This document shows, in pieces, positions 1 through 10,548 of a DNA stretch of 64,000 nt. The stretch covers positions 62,001 to 126,000 of the forward strand of contig BROI01000025.1 in the NCBI GenBank assembly GCA_027923505.1, written 5' to 3'. The translations under genes and the position numbers were made by a program. The stretch comes from Mayamaea pseudoterrestris (taxonomy: Eukaryota). Position 1 is the first letter of the stretch. Every line of letters begins with the position of its first letter. The notes beneath the pieces are model-generated. The model was not told the origin of the DNA. It saw nothing but the letters and a program-made list of their open reading frames with translations, and searched no databases.

Positions 1-462
1 GCGAATAGTTTACTCAAGCGAGCCCGCATGGGCGATCAGGACGCAGGTGCTGCTCAATCCATATGCCTCATGGCAACCGATCACCCCAGTATGTGCTCGC
101 CCAAACTAATCGGTCTTCTCGAGTCGGACAATTGGAAGGTTGTTGTTGTTCATGACGGTCATGATACGCTCCGCTTACTTAAGACAAGGAACTGGGATCT
201 TGTTTTAATCGACGATGGCTTATCAGGCATTGACTACAACCAGTGCGTTTCGCAGTTTCGGGCGTGGGAGCACGAGAATCGCGTCAACCGACAAAGGAGC
301 GTCTTCCTAGTGAGTTCCTACAAGATTCCACCCCTTTCAGACGGAACATCCATTGTACTAGCACCCCTTGGTTTTGACCATGTGATTCGTAGACCGATTG
401 AGTGGAGTGATTTGCAGGAATTCCTTTCGACCGGGTGTAAAAATATGTGCATTGTGCGATAG
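1..462 (+). CDS. 3' end of a gene with a C-terminal response-regulator receiver-like domain (probably 5'-truncated by the window edge)
   Basis: ORF 28..462 has a REC-like pattern (WKVVVVHDGHDTLRLL..WDLVLIDD..GIDY..CVSQFR..GFDHVIRRPI); the frame is open back to the window edge. Confidence 0.55.
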   Translation, partial: ANSLLKRARMGDQDAGAAQSICLMATDHPSMCSPKLIGLLESDNWKVVVVHDGHDTLRLLKTRNWDLVLIDDGLSGIDYNQCVSQFRAWEHENRVNRQRSVFLVSSYKIPPLSDGTSIVLAPLGFDHVIRRPIEWSDLQEFLSTGCKNMCIVR

Positions 463-767
463 ACGCTTTATGAATCATTTACACCTTGCAGCAAACAAGT
501 ATGTCAAATTTACCTTGTCGCAAATTTACACGGCATCTATAGGTATGCATTACTCATTCCAATAGATATGTCGCATGTCTCTGGCAGACGGTGGCGGTCA
601 GGCGCAACAAAAAGTGTTCATGAGTCGTGACGTCAGTTATACTCTTTATCATAATCATTTAAACATCCTCAATGTTGTCTGCACAATTTTATTTTGACAA
701 TTTATAGGAGCATGCTGGGCTTCACACCTGACCCGTGACACCGTGCGCGCAGCGTTTGTTACAATTG

Positions 768-3700
768 CTACCACTCATCGCCTTCAATCGAAGACACGGC
801 GCTTGCGAAGCTGTCGTCAAAAGAACGATCATAATTCATGTTGAAAGGGTGCGGGTCAACTGTAGCTGCCGACGCTTCGAGACTTTGGCCCGACGTTGGT
901 AGCTCCACCCTATTCGCGTCGACTTCATACGCAGGTAGTGATTCGTACAAACCGCAGCAAGATTGAGTCAGCAAAATGATAAATGAAGGGGGCAAGTTCA
1001 GCAGCAATGCAAGTGCATTTTCATTCTCTAGATTGTCCCTTGTGCTTGGCCATAACAACACTTGAATAAGAGCGGCGCAAGCAAGGCGATGAGGACTTGG
1101 TTTATTTCCTTCCATTTGAAGCTGCTTTTTCAACCAATCAACCAGCCATGGAGTTGCTTGGACGAGGTCTTGCCGAGTAATGCACCAAAAGCTTCGCATA
1201 AACAATTTTGCAGCAAATACTGGGTCGACACGGCCTCGAGAAGCGTCGTGAAACTCTCCATATGTGCGCACATGTAGAACGTGCTGCTCCAACAGCCAAA
1301 GAAGATGAAGCAGCGACTCGCCAAGCACAAACGTTTGTGGCGACATTGTTGAAAGGATTTGAATTTGGTCGGTTAAAAGGAAATCTTCCGCTTCGTCCAT
1401 ACTCATGCCGCACTCGCTCATTAATATATCACAACATTCAAGCGTCAATCCCTCGTTGCCGCCTAGCAGATTCGCTCCAGCTTGTAGGTTGTTAACAAGT
1501 GTGCACTGCTTTGATAATAACGCGATATCAGGTGCGAATGGTGACTTATGCAAAACCAATCTGCCGGCATGGAAACACGCTGCATTGATTACAATTTGAA
1601 GAGGAACGCCCGCCACAGGATCATTTTTGGTGTTTAATACGAGTAGGGATGGTAGCAACACATCAAAGTCGATACCAACTTGTTCTGCAGCAGGATTCAA
1701 TGCGAGCCGTACATCATTAATTATGCGACCATGCCGAGTTAGCTCGTCGTAATTACCATTCATTAATGATTCGTACATAGCGGGTAAAAGGACTTGTGCA
1801 TCGCAACCAGCATTCGCCATGCATGCACGAGCTAATTTCCAAATCCATTCCGTTGGAACACTGTGTTTGTCGTGCTCCATGTCACCGTTTATTTCTAAAA
1901 TTTCGCTGAGCTGCTGCACTACCCAAGACCGAACTTCTAATTGGCCCAACATCACATGCCTTCCATCCACCTCCAGCACAGAAAATGCCAGCCGTGTTTT
2001 GTTGTCAAGAGAATCCCAATACAGCACTCCAGACACATCATCGATTAGCTTAAACAAGAGGTCTGCCGCGTCCGAAGATGAGGAAACAATCAGTTTGACA
2101 AGCGATAGACAGTATTCCATTGACAAACTCTCGCCCCCAACAGTGTCATCGCGACTGCGATTTCGAAGCTCGTCAGGGATCACGGCATTGAGAAGCAATA
2201 GAGCAGTCGGTAGAAAATTGCGAGTGACTGCCGTCCGTAACAAGCAACGCAGTGGCCACAGATTATCGTTGCTTTCATCCTTGTACACCATGAAAGCACT
2301 TGCGGCAGCAAGCATCATGCATGCGCTAGATGAGTCGTAATGTTCGTTGGTACTCAAAAATTGTTCCAAAGTGCGCGAGCAAACAATTCCGCCATGGATC
2401 AAAAGACTGACTGTCATATCAGAAAGGTGTTGCAAGACTAACTTGTCCTGTTCAGCGATTGGAACCGAGGTTGCTGAGTCAATCAATTGTATGCCATCCA
2501 GGAGCCCTTCGAGCGTGGCTCGCTCGTCGTCGTCATCAATCTTGTTGTAGGAATTCCAAAGTAGCCTCAATGACTCCGCGTCTTGGAGCATATCTAATGC
2601 GACGCTAGCTGCAGAAAAGTAATTACCATTGTTCATCAGCCAACTGAGAATTTGTTGGAACGACGTTGCAGCACCATTTTGCATTGCTGCTTTGCGCATT
2701 GTAACAACAGCCCAGCCCTTGGTGCTACTCCGAGCGCCTAATTGAACACTAACGACTGGATGCTGCGATTCAAATTCCAATTTATCGTTAGCTTCTTGCC
2801 TTGACCGAATTTTAAACTCGCGCAGCAGGCGCCTGGACTTTTGCCTCGGAGTCAATGTAACAACGCCCGCCGAATCATCTTTTAAGTTACGACTCGTCGA
2901 TGTTAATAGGTCTTGTAAATTGCTGTTTGATAAGCGGAAAATGGCATCCTCCACTGTGAATCCAGGCGATGCATCTGTGGTCACTCCATCAACTTGCTCG
3001 TCGCTCCAGGTAAGTATAACGGGCGGCGTAATAGTCTTACGTGGCTTCGGCCGTTTCTCCAAAAGTCTAAGTGGTAGCACCGGCGACCATGAGGACTTTA
3101 AATCAAGCGGTTCACCATTGCCAATTTCGCACACGTGTGCGCCGTGCAAAGCCGTCGCTCCTTCCCAACAAACAAAGTATCGAAGCGATGATATTACAAG
3201 GATACACCATCCTTGGCCAAGAGAGCACCAGGTGGAACTTGCATCGGCAGCAACTCCTACTGGCAACGTCAATTGGGCAAAATTAGCGTCGCGCAACTCG
3301 GTTGTGATGGCCGGTCTCAAATTCCGCTTCTCATCATGATCTAATCGATAAAAGTCATTTATAGTTAAGTCGTCACTTGGAACGTACTCAATGGCTTGCA
3401 AGGTTCGCTGCACAATTGAAATGTGCCCTTCATGATCATCGATAAACACCATTGCCAACGCTGGTGGAACAGTCCACGGAAATGACGCACCGACGACCAA
3501 AGTAGTCAATTCTTGTACATCAGGCAATCGAATAGGAATCATTTGAAATTTTCCAATGCTTATAGAACGCTTCCTTGCTACTTCATCAGCCGCGTCCTCT
3601 GATTCACCAGACAGCTCGGGCGCAGCGTTCATTGCAGGTGGCTCACCAGGAATAATATTCGCAAATTCATCATCCGACGCATCTATTCGAATGGCTAGCG

Positions 3701-5291
3701 CCTCGCACGCCGCATATCCCAGCACCAATAGAAATTCCAATCCGCCCCAGTAGAAAGGAGAAACATCGCGTGGAACAAACGGCAAGTACACGGTACGCTC
3801 CTGCGAGTAGGTGCGGAGGGAAACAAACGTGACAAAACCACCATTGTCACGGCGCTTGGACAGGCGGCTTCTCGCTGCAACTGACTCGAACGTTGTACCC
3901 GATGCCACCGAGGTGCCCGAGTCTGACACGACGGACGCCGCGCGACTCATCGATGGATGGGTCTTTGCCGCTGCATTTTCTCCATCACTACTATTACTTG
4001 GTGGCTGCAACAACTGTCGTCGCGTCCTGTGCCGCTTTCGCCCCGCACCAGCCACGACAATGTAGTCAAACGCTGCGACGCAATGCGTCGGTTGATTCTT
4101 GTTTGTTTCAAACACCAAACTTGGTAAATCTGTCGTGGAATCCCACAGCGAGTGATCCCAGACGGACACGCTAGTCGAGTTGAACGTTTTGCCGACTACT
4201 TTGTCATTTTGATTTATTAATTCGTCATCGTCGTCGTCATCTAACTCGTCGCCTTCCTCCTCAGCCGTCGCACTAAGCGTGTCTTGTTTTCGTTGCGTTC
4301 GTCCCTTCTTAGTACCTTGCCTCCACGCCAACGACAGCGACACGGAATGCAGCGGCTGACAAAGTGGCAACAGCTGCTCCTTGATGCGCTTCACCACGCT
4401 TGGTCCCAGCAGAAAGGATTCCATGCCGTTTGAAAAGGGATCAACTGCATCAGTTTGAATTGTTGTAGTGGATTGTTTGGTGGCGCCTGCTGGAGTCTTG
4501 CCCACGAGCAAGTCGCAAGTGTCGTAAATGTGAACCTGTCCAGCCGTTGTCAAGCATGCGAGCAAGAGTCGAGCAGGAATGTCATTGTCATTGTCTATAT
4601 TTGCTACCCCTGGCTCGCTGTTCTCTGCTGTAGATTGTTCATTTGCCGTCATTGATTCGGTTCGTCGCTGCATCTGCCATTCTCGTCTCGTCTTGTCTCC
4701 CTCGTCACTACGCCCAAGACTGAGCAAGTGCACCAACTCGTGCGCTCGCTGGGACGGCTCGTTGTCGCAAATTGCCGCTTGTCGAAACAGACAGACGGAT
4801 ACTAGCTGCACTGGGGATATTGATGATGATGACGCGTCAAGAGTCATGGAGCTTGGCCACTGCAGGCGACGTTTCGTTTGACAAACGGGAACGAACTGCG
4901 GTGCATTCGTTTCGTCTCGTTCGTCTGCATCATTTGGTTGCTGCTGTCGCTCGATCAGTTCCAACAGTATCACGTCTCCAGCTGTTTCTATGGACGACGA
5001 CGAAAGAAGGGTGGCCGTGAGAATCAACGACGATTCGTCATCGCTCGTGTCTTGTTCATCTTCTTCTCCAGCAATTTTTACGACGATTGCATCCCGCACT
5101 TCATCCGCCGATACTTGGGCCGCAACGTGGAGAATGATTCGTTCCTCCTTGGTGCGACTCACTGTAGACGATGATTGATTATTATTTGGACCATCAGCAA
5201 CCGAACATTCCCATCGCGGCCGTTTCCAGTCGTACTGCCACGGCTTGTTCCTTATAGGCAATGATGATGAGTTATTCTCGAGTAAATTCAT
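768..5291 (-). CDS. Large hypothetical protein (1507 aa)
   Basis: Uninterrupted 4.5 kb ORF; no domain recognised by eye. Confidence 0.75.
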   Translation of the reverse strand: MNLLENNSSSLPIRNKPWQYDWKRPRWECSVADGPNNNQSSSTVSRTKEERIILHVAAQVSADEVRDAIVVKIAGEEDEQDTSDDESSLILTATLLSSSSIETAGDVILLELIERQQQPNDADERDETNAPQFVPVCQTKRRLQWPSSMTLDASSSSISPVQLVSVCLFRQAAICDNEPSQRAHELVHLLSLGRSDEGDKTRREWQMQRRTESMTANEQSTAENSEPGVANIDNDNDIPARLLLACLTTAGQVHIYDTCDLLVGKTPAGATKQSTTTIQTDAVDPFSNGMESFLLGPSVVKRIKEQLLPLCQPLHSVSLSLAWRQGTKKGRTQRKQDTLSATAEEEGDELDDDDDDELINQNDKVVGKTFNSTSVSVWDHSLWDSTTDLPSLVFETNKNQPTHCVAAFDYIVVAGAGRKRHRTRRQLLQPPSNSSDGENAAAKTHPSMSRAASVVSDSGTSVASGTTFESVAARSRLSKRRDNGGFVTFVSLRTYSQERTVYLPFVPRDVSPFYWGGLEFLLVLGYAACEALAIRIDASDDEFANIIPGEPPAMNAAPELSGESEDAADEVARKRSISIGKFQMIPIRLPDVQELTTLVVGASFPWTVPPALAMVFIDDHEGHISIVQRTLQAIEYVPSDDLTINDFYRLDHDEKRNLRPAITTELRDANFAQLTLPVGVAADASSTWCSLGQGWCILVISSLRYFVCWEGATALHGAHVCEIGNGEPLDLKSSWSPVLPLRLLEKRPKPRKTITPPVILTWSDEQVDGVTTDASPGFTVEDAIFRLSNSNLQDLLTSTSRNLKDDSAGVVTLTPRQKSRRLLREFKIRSRQEANDKLEFESQHPVVSVQLGARSSTKGWAVVTMRKAAMQNGAATSFQQILSWLMNNGNYFSAASVALDMLQDAESLRLLWNSYNKIDDDDERATLEGLLDGIQLIDSATSVPIAEQDKLVLQHLSDMTVSLLIHGGIVCSRTLEQFLSTNEHYDSSSACMMLAAASAFMVYKDESNDNLWPLRCLLRTAVTRNFLPTALLLLNAVIPDELRNRSRDDTVGGESLSMEYCLSLVKLIVSSSSDAADLLFKLIDDVSGVLYWDSLDNKTRLAFSVLEVDGRHVMLGQLEVRSWVVQQLSEILEINGDMEHDKHSVPTEWIWKLARACMANAGCDAQVLLPAMYESLMNGNYDELTRHGRIINDVRLALNPAAEQVGIDFDVLLPSLLVLNTKNDPVAGVPLQIVINAACFHAGRLVLHKSPFAPDIALLSKQCTLVNNLQAGANLLGGNEGLTLECCDILMSECGMSMDEAEDFLLTDQIQILSTMSPQTFVLGESLLHLLWLLEQHVLHVRTYGEFHDASRGRVDPVFAAKLFMRSFWCITRQDLVQATPWLVDWLKKQLQMEGNKPSPHRLACAALIQVLLWPSTRDNLENENALALLLNLPPSFIILLTQSCCGLYESLPAYEVDANRVELPTSGQSLEASAATVDPHPFNMNYDRSFDDSFASAVSSIEGDEW

Positions 5292-5590
5292 CGTTCAGAC
5301 ATGTTTTGGAATATATTTTGATTGTTTGTATTGAATTTAATTTGGAGACTGCCATGGTTGCGAACGATGGAAATCCATCAATCAAAACCGCTGAGACTTT
5401 ATGATGTCTTACCGTTTTAAAGCGGTACTCACCGATCGCCACTCGTTCCTTCGAAACAACCACCATGTCGGCAAGCAATGTCGGCAAGCGCCAACTTACT
5501 GTGGTTATACAAGCTCTACAAGCTGTACAAAAATCTACCGGTATCAAATTGGCAATAGAGAGTTAAAGGTGAATTAAAACAACAAAATTT

Positions 5591-8147
5591 ATGATCTATT
5601 CCTCCCCGACAATGTCGCCAGTTGTTGACAGCAAGCTCCAGCACCTTGTCAAGAAGATTCTCGAGTCGACCGATGCAGCCTCCTCGACCACAAGTAATAA
5701 TGATGCTGCAGCTAGTACCAGCGAAACAATCATGAATACGCAGCCAAGTGTTGACTACGTTGTAACCATGCTGCGCACCAAGTATAAGGAGTACTTGCGA
5801 AAAGACTTGGTCACGCTGAAAAGCCAAGTGGAGCAAGTGTTGCGGCAGCGCGACCGCAAGCGCAAGTCGCACGACGACGACGAAGACGCTTACGATGCCG
5901 CCGTCATGGCCGAGGAAGCGCTGCGGGAAAGTGTGATGTCAAACGACGGTGGTGGTGGTCTCAATGCGTCGCTGCGGGAGCGATACAAGCAGGTGCAACT
6001 GGAGCGTGAAACGACTAGTCAGCAGCAAGATGAAACGGCATCAACCAAAAGTGATACAAAGCCCGGCAGCAGCAAGAAACTGACTCCAAAGAAGCGCAAA
6101 AATATGCTCTCCAAATCATCATCATCCACAAATAATACACTCGACGCATCGTCAGTACCGGATTTCATGACACCCGTCCCTCGCCCCGACGAGCGCTATT
6201 CCGACTTGGGCGGCATGGACGCTATCATTTTGGAGCTGCAGCAGCTCGTCGAGTACCCCATGGTCCGGCCCGAGCTTTATAGTCATTTAGGCATTGATCC
6301 GCCGCGGGGTGTTTTGCTGCGGGGACCGCCCGGCACGGGCAAGTCGCACTTGGCGAATGCAGGTATGTGTATGTTGTTGTGTGTGTGTGTAATACAATCT
6401 TGTCGAAGCTCTTTGGATGATATTAAGTCAAATTGGTTTTTACTCACGAGCTTAACTCTTGTTTACAGTCGCCGGTGAGTTGGGCGTTCCATTCTTTCGC
6501 GTGTCAGCTCCGGAGCTAGTTTCCGGCATGTCGGGCGAGTCGGAAGGCCGCATACGCGACTTGTTCGCTCGGGCGAGTGCACTGGCTCCAGCACTCATAT
6601 TTTTGGATGAGCTCGACGTGATTGCACCCAAACGAAGCGAGGGAACATCCACCAGAGGCATGGAGAAGCGCATGGTGGCGCAGCTGCTGCTGAGCATGGA
6701 CATGGTGCGACCGCAAAATAATCGCAATCAAGCGGCCGTTGTCGTCTTGGCCGCCTCGAATCGACCAGATGCATTGGACGCGGCACTGCGACGGGCGGGG
6801 CGATTTGATAAGGAAATACTATTGGGAGTGCCGGATGAAGCGGCGCGGGAACGTATCTTACGCACCATGACCAAAAGTATGCGACTGTCGGGCGACTTTG
6901 ACTACAAAGTCTTGGCGCGCAGGACTCCTGGGTTTGTCGGTGCAGATATTCGTAGCTTGGCGAGGGAAGCCGCAGTTCTTGCCATTGATCGAATCTTTCA
7001 CAATGTGCTATGCGAGCAGCAGGATGAGAATCCAGAAACGCCTGGTCTGGCAGTCGATGGACTAGATGCGGAGGATCGTATGAACGTCGTGTCGTTGACA
7101 CAGGAGCAAATGGAGCCATTGTACGTTACCATGGACGACTTTTTGCAAGCTGTTCCCTTGGTGCAACCATCCAGCAAGCGCGAAGGCTTTGCCACAGTTC
7201 CTGATGTAAGCTGGGAAGCCATTGGTGCACTGGAAAGCATTCGCGAGGAGTTGTCGATTTCCATTCTAGAACCCATTCGCAATCCGGAAAAGTTTCAAGC
7301 CTTGGGTCTCTCGTTACCAGTTGGATGCTTGCTTTATGGACCACCTGGATGCGGCAAGACCTTGCTTGCCAAGGCGATTGCCCATGAGAGTGGCGCTAAC
7401 TTTATCAGCGTCAAGGGCCCCGAGCTCTTGGACAAGTATGTTGGCGAAAGTGAACGCGCTGTCAGACAAGTGTTTGCTCGCGCGAGCGCGTCAAAGCCAT
7501 GTATTGTATTTTTCGATGAATTGGATAGTCTTTGTCCTAAACGAGGAAGTGATGGTGGCAGCGGGGGTGGTGTCAGTGAGCGGGTCGTCAATCAGCTGTT
7601 GACGGAGCTCGATGGGCTTAACAGCCGCCGCAGTGTCTACGTTATCGGAGCTACAAATCGTCCCGAGCTGATTGACTCGGCAATGCTTCGACCTGGTCGT
7701 TTGGATAGGCTGCTGTACGTTCCTCTGCCAACGCCAACGGATAGAGTAGCAATTTTGAAGGCACTAGCGAGCGGAGTTGCCTTGGCTGACGATGTGGACC
7801 TAGAGGCGATTGGACTGTGCCATCGAGCAAACGGTTACAGCGGCGCTGATTGTGCCGCACTACTGCGTGAGGCTGGTTTGGCGGTGTTGAAGGAAGATCT
7901 TGCTCGAAAGGTTGACACTCTGCCAGAGTTGTTAAGAATCACTGCCAAACACTTTGACGCCGCCTTTAACGCTGTCATGCCTTCTGTTTCCAAAAAAGAC
8001 CAAGCTCGATACGATCGTATGCGAGATCGCATGGCACGAGCGCGATCAAGAGGGGATGTAGCGGACCATGGTCCCGTCCCTGACGATGCTCTTCATGACA
8101 TGAGCGATGAACGTGCACCAAGTCCCGACAAGGCATTAGCAACCTAG
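5591..8147 (+). CDS. NVL: NVL2/Rix7-like type II AAA+ ATPase (60S ribosome biogenesis); intron 6363-6468
   Basis: Two AAA modules (GPPGTGKS / IFLDELD / RAGRFD and GPPGCGKT / FFDELD / RPGRLD); REGFATVPDVSW linker; the GTATGT...TTTACAG intron joins ORFs 5591 and 6459 in frame. Confidence 0.9.
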
Positions 8148-8251
8148 CGTTCAAATTATCACTACCCACTTTGTAAAGTAATAGATAACGCAGTCAACTG
8201 TATATTACATGCAATCTCCTAAAAGAGACAACAATGCCACTTAAAAAATCC

Positions 8252-9943
8252 TCACTCCACTACGGCAAACGCTCCCAACTCCACGCACTGCTTGGCCAGT
8301 GCCAGCCACGTCAAATCGCAAAGATAGTCCCGGCAGGTGCGACTGGCGTGCGAGTCATCTTCCCCGGTATCGTCATTGTCGCAGAGCGCCTGCAGCTGAT
8401 CCACCTTGCATGTCCGCGGGTTCTGCTTGAACTTTTGCAATACGTAAATCAAGGCTTCGTAGCATTCGTTGGAGACTTGCAGGCCGTCCTGCGATGGCAA
8501 GCTGTTGTTGCCGTTGTTGGTGCTGTTGGTCGTTGTTGTTGCGTATAGACTCTGCTTCTCCGAAAGCGACGCCGCCCGCACCAGCGTGTCAAGTCGGACC
8601 CGCAGCGCCGCGTTTCGACCAACGACGGCGGTGTCCGTCGACATGCACTCTTGATCTTGTTGCTGCTGCTGCTGCTGCTGCTGCTGCAAAGCTTGCGCTC
8701 GCTGCCACTTGGCTCGCTCATTGTGCTCCCTATACGTGCGTTGCAGCGTCTCGTGAATGTACTGCACCGTCACTTGGTTCTGCAACTGCGTCCAAGTTTC
8801 ATCCAGCATGCTTTCCAGCTCGCGTTTGGCTTGCTCCGACACTTGGTTCAGCGGCCTCGTGCCAAGTTCGCGATGCAGCGCCATGCGGTGCTTGGTCTGC
8901 GCAGACAGCAGCTGCTTGGTGGCCTTCTGCACCACGCGCCCGTAGGACCAGTCGTGCGTCGCCAGCGCCACGGTAACGTGAAAGCTGCATTCAGCGGCAC
9001 ACGCCTTGGCGCAGTGCACGTAGCCGCGCGGCAAGTATAGCACGTCGCCCGGTTGTAAAACGGTCTGCAGCAAGACGTTTCCCTGCAAAACGTAGTCTGG
9101 CACGGGCAGTGACTCGCATTTGCCCACTTGCTCGTGTCGATAGGGCAGCGCCACGGGCACTTGCTCGTAGACGATCCACTCCTTGTTTCCCAGCAGTTGC
9201 ACCACCAAGACGTCGCGGTCATCGGCGTGCGCCGGCACGGACTGCACCATGGGTGGTGTCAAGTAGGTATTGACGTAAACATGCGGCAGCGAGTGTTGCA
9301 AGTCGTGACACAGTGCAAACAAGTGTTCGCTCAAAATTTCGGCGTGGTTGATGACAATGGAGCAACCGTCCAAGTAGGCCGCAAACAGTGAATGGTGGTA
9401 CTTTTCCGCCAGGGCGTCTGGTCCTAGGTTGGATTGATTCTGAAAGAGCAACGTTTGTGAAAATGATGGTTGCTGCTGCTGCTTGATATTATCAATGTCG
9501 TCGTCGTTGAGCGAAACGCTCTCCTCCGACTGTACGCGGCAAGCTTCCAGTAGCTGCAGCAGCACGTTCCAGCCATTTCGTATCAAGCTGGTGTATGGAT
9601 CGTCAGCAGCATTACTAATACTGTTATTCGTTTTACCATTCATAGCAAAATTACCATTTCCATTCATAGTATCACTCGCATTCGCGCAAAAGAGCGCGCA
9701 GGAGCGCTGGTAGACGGACTCGAAGAAGGTTGACACGTCAAGCTCGCTGCCGTTGCGCAAGATGGTTTGCAAAGCCAAGGATTCTGATTCAGGTGGTTGC
9801 AAAGATTCTGGTGGCGGTGGCTGCTGGTGCTGCTGTTGGTCTTGCGGCGGCGGCTGCGTGTGGACGTTGTTGTCGTCAATCATGTCGTCGTCGTTCATAT
9901 CGTTGTCGTTAGTAGCAGTAGCGTCTTGCTGCTCCTGCTGCAT
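8252..9943 (-). CDS. JmjC/cupin-4 2-oxoglutarate oxygenase (RIOX1/NO66/MINA-like)
   Basis: NTYLTPP..AHADDRDVLVVQLLGNKEW..LQPGDVLYLPRGYVH: HxD...H iron-binding motif. Confidence 0.8.
   Translation of the reverse strand: MQQEQQDATATNDNDMNDDDMIDDNNVHTQPPPQDQQQHQQPPPPESLQPPESESLALQTILRNGSELDVSTFFESVYQRSCALFCANASDTMNGNGNFAMNGKTNNSISNAADDPYTSLIRNGWNVLLQLLEACRVQSEESVSLNDDDIDNIKQQQQPSFSQTLLFQNQSNLGPDALAEKYHHSLFAAYLDGCSIVINHAEILSEHLFALCHDLQHSLPHVYVNTYLTPPMVQSVPAHADDRDVLVVQLLGNKEWIVYEQVPVALPYRHEQVGKCESLPVPDYVLQGNVLLQTVLQPGDVLYLPRGYVHCAKACAAECSFHVTVALATHDWSYGRVVQKATKQLLSAQTKHRMALHRELGTRPLNQVSEQAKRELESMLDETWTQLQNQVTVQYIHETLQRTYREHNERAKWQRAQALQQQQQQQQQQDQECMSTDTAVVGRNAALRVRLDTLVRAASLSEKQSLYATTTTNSTNNGNNSLPSQDGLQVSNECYEALIYVLQKFKQNPRTCKVDQLQALCDNDDTGEDDSHASRTCRDYLCDLTWLALAKQCVELGAFAVVE
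8657..8687 (-). repeat. CAG/CAA microsatellite encoding polyQ
   Basis: (tgc)n run on the + strand inside the JmjC CDS. Confidence 0.8.
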
Positions 9944-10548
9944 GGTTGATGTAGTATGTATTGACAGATGGTATACCGTAGTCGCTTTGTTTCTTCTAGA
10001 GGTACATCTGACTATGGCGGTGGTGCAGATTGGCCGTCACGCGGATGACTTCCATGGTGACGCCGCACTTTGCGAAAATGACGTCGATTAGTAATTGTCT
10101 CACTGTGACTCAATAGTCATTACGACTATTGCCCCACGACAAATGACCCGACAACTGGCGTGTCTGGGTCATTTTCGTTTGCATGCATCATCCACCTCTC
10201 GTCGCTCGCTGCATGCCGCTTTGTCCGTCCTTCTGCAACAACAACAAGTGCAACAGCTCCCTCATATTGCATACACCGTTAGCTGCAACAATCTATTACA
10301 GGAATCCTTTTTGGTTGTCAACGCACAATTAAGATTGAGCCAAGACCTGCTGCTGCTAAATCATAAAGTTGCGTGCGCAAGTGTGACACCTGCAGCAAGA
10401 GGTCCGTCTCGATCGATCCGAAGCGCATTCGGTATATACTTATTGCCACTCGACAATTTACATATTGACCATCGCCAAAATCATTGATTTAATTCTGTGA
10501 TTTGCATTCTTCATTTAAGGACGTCTATTACTACCGCAATCCATAACA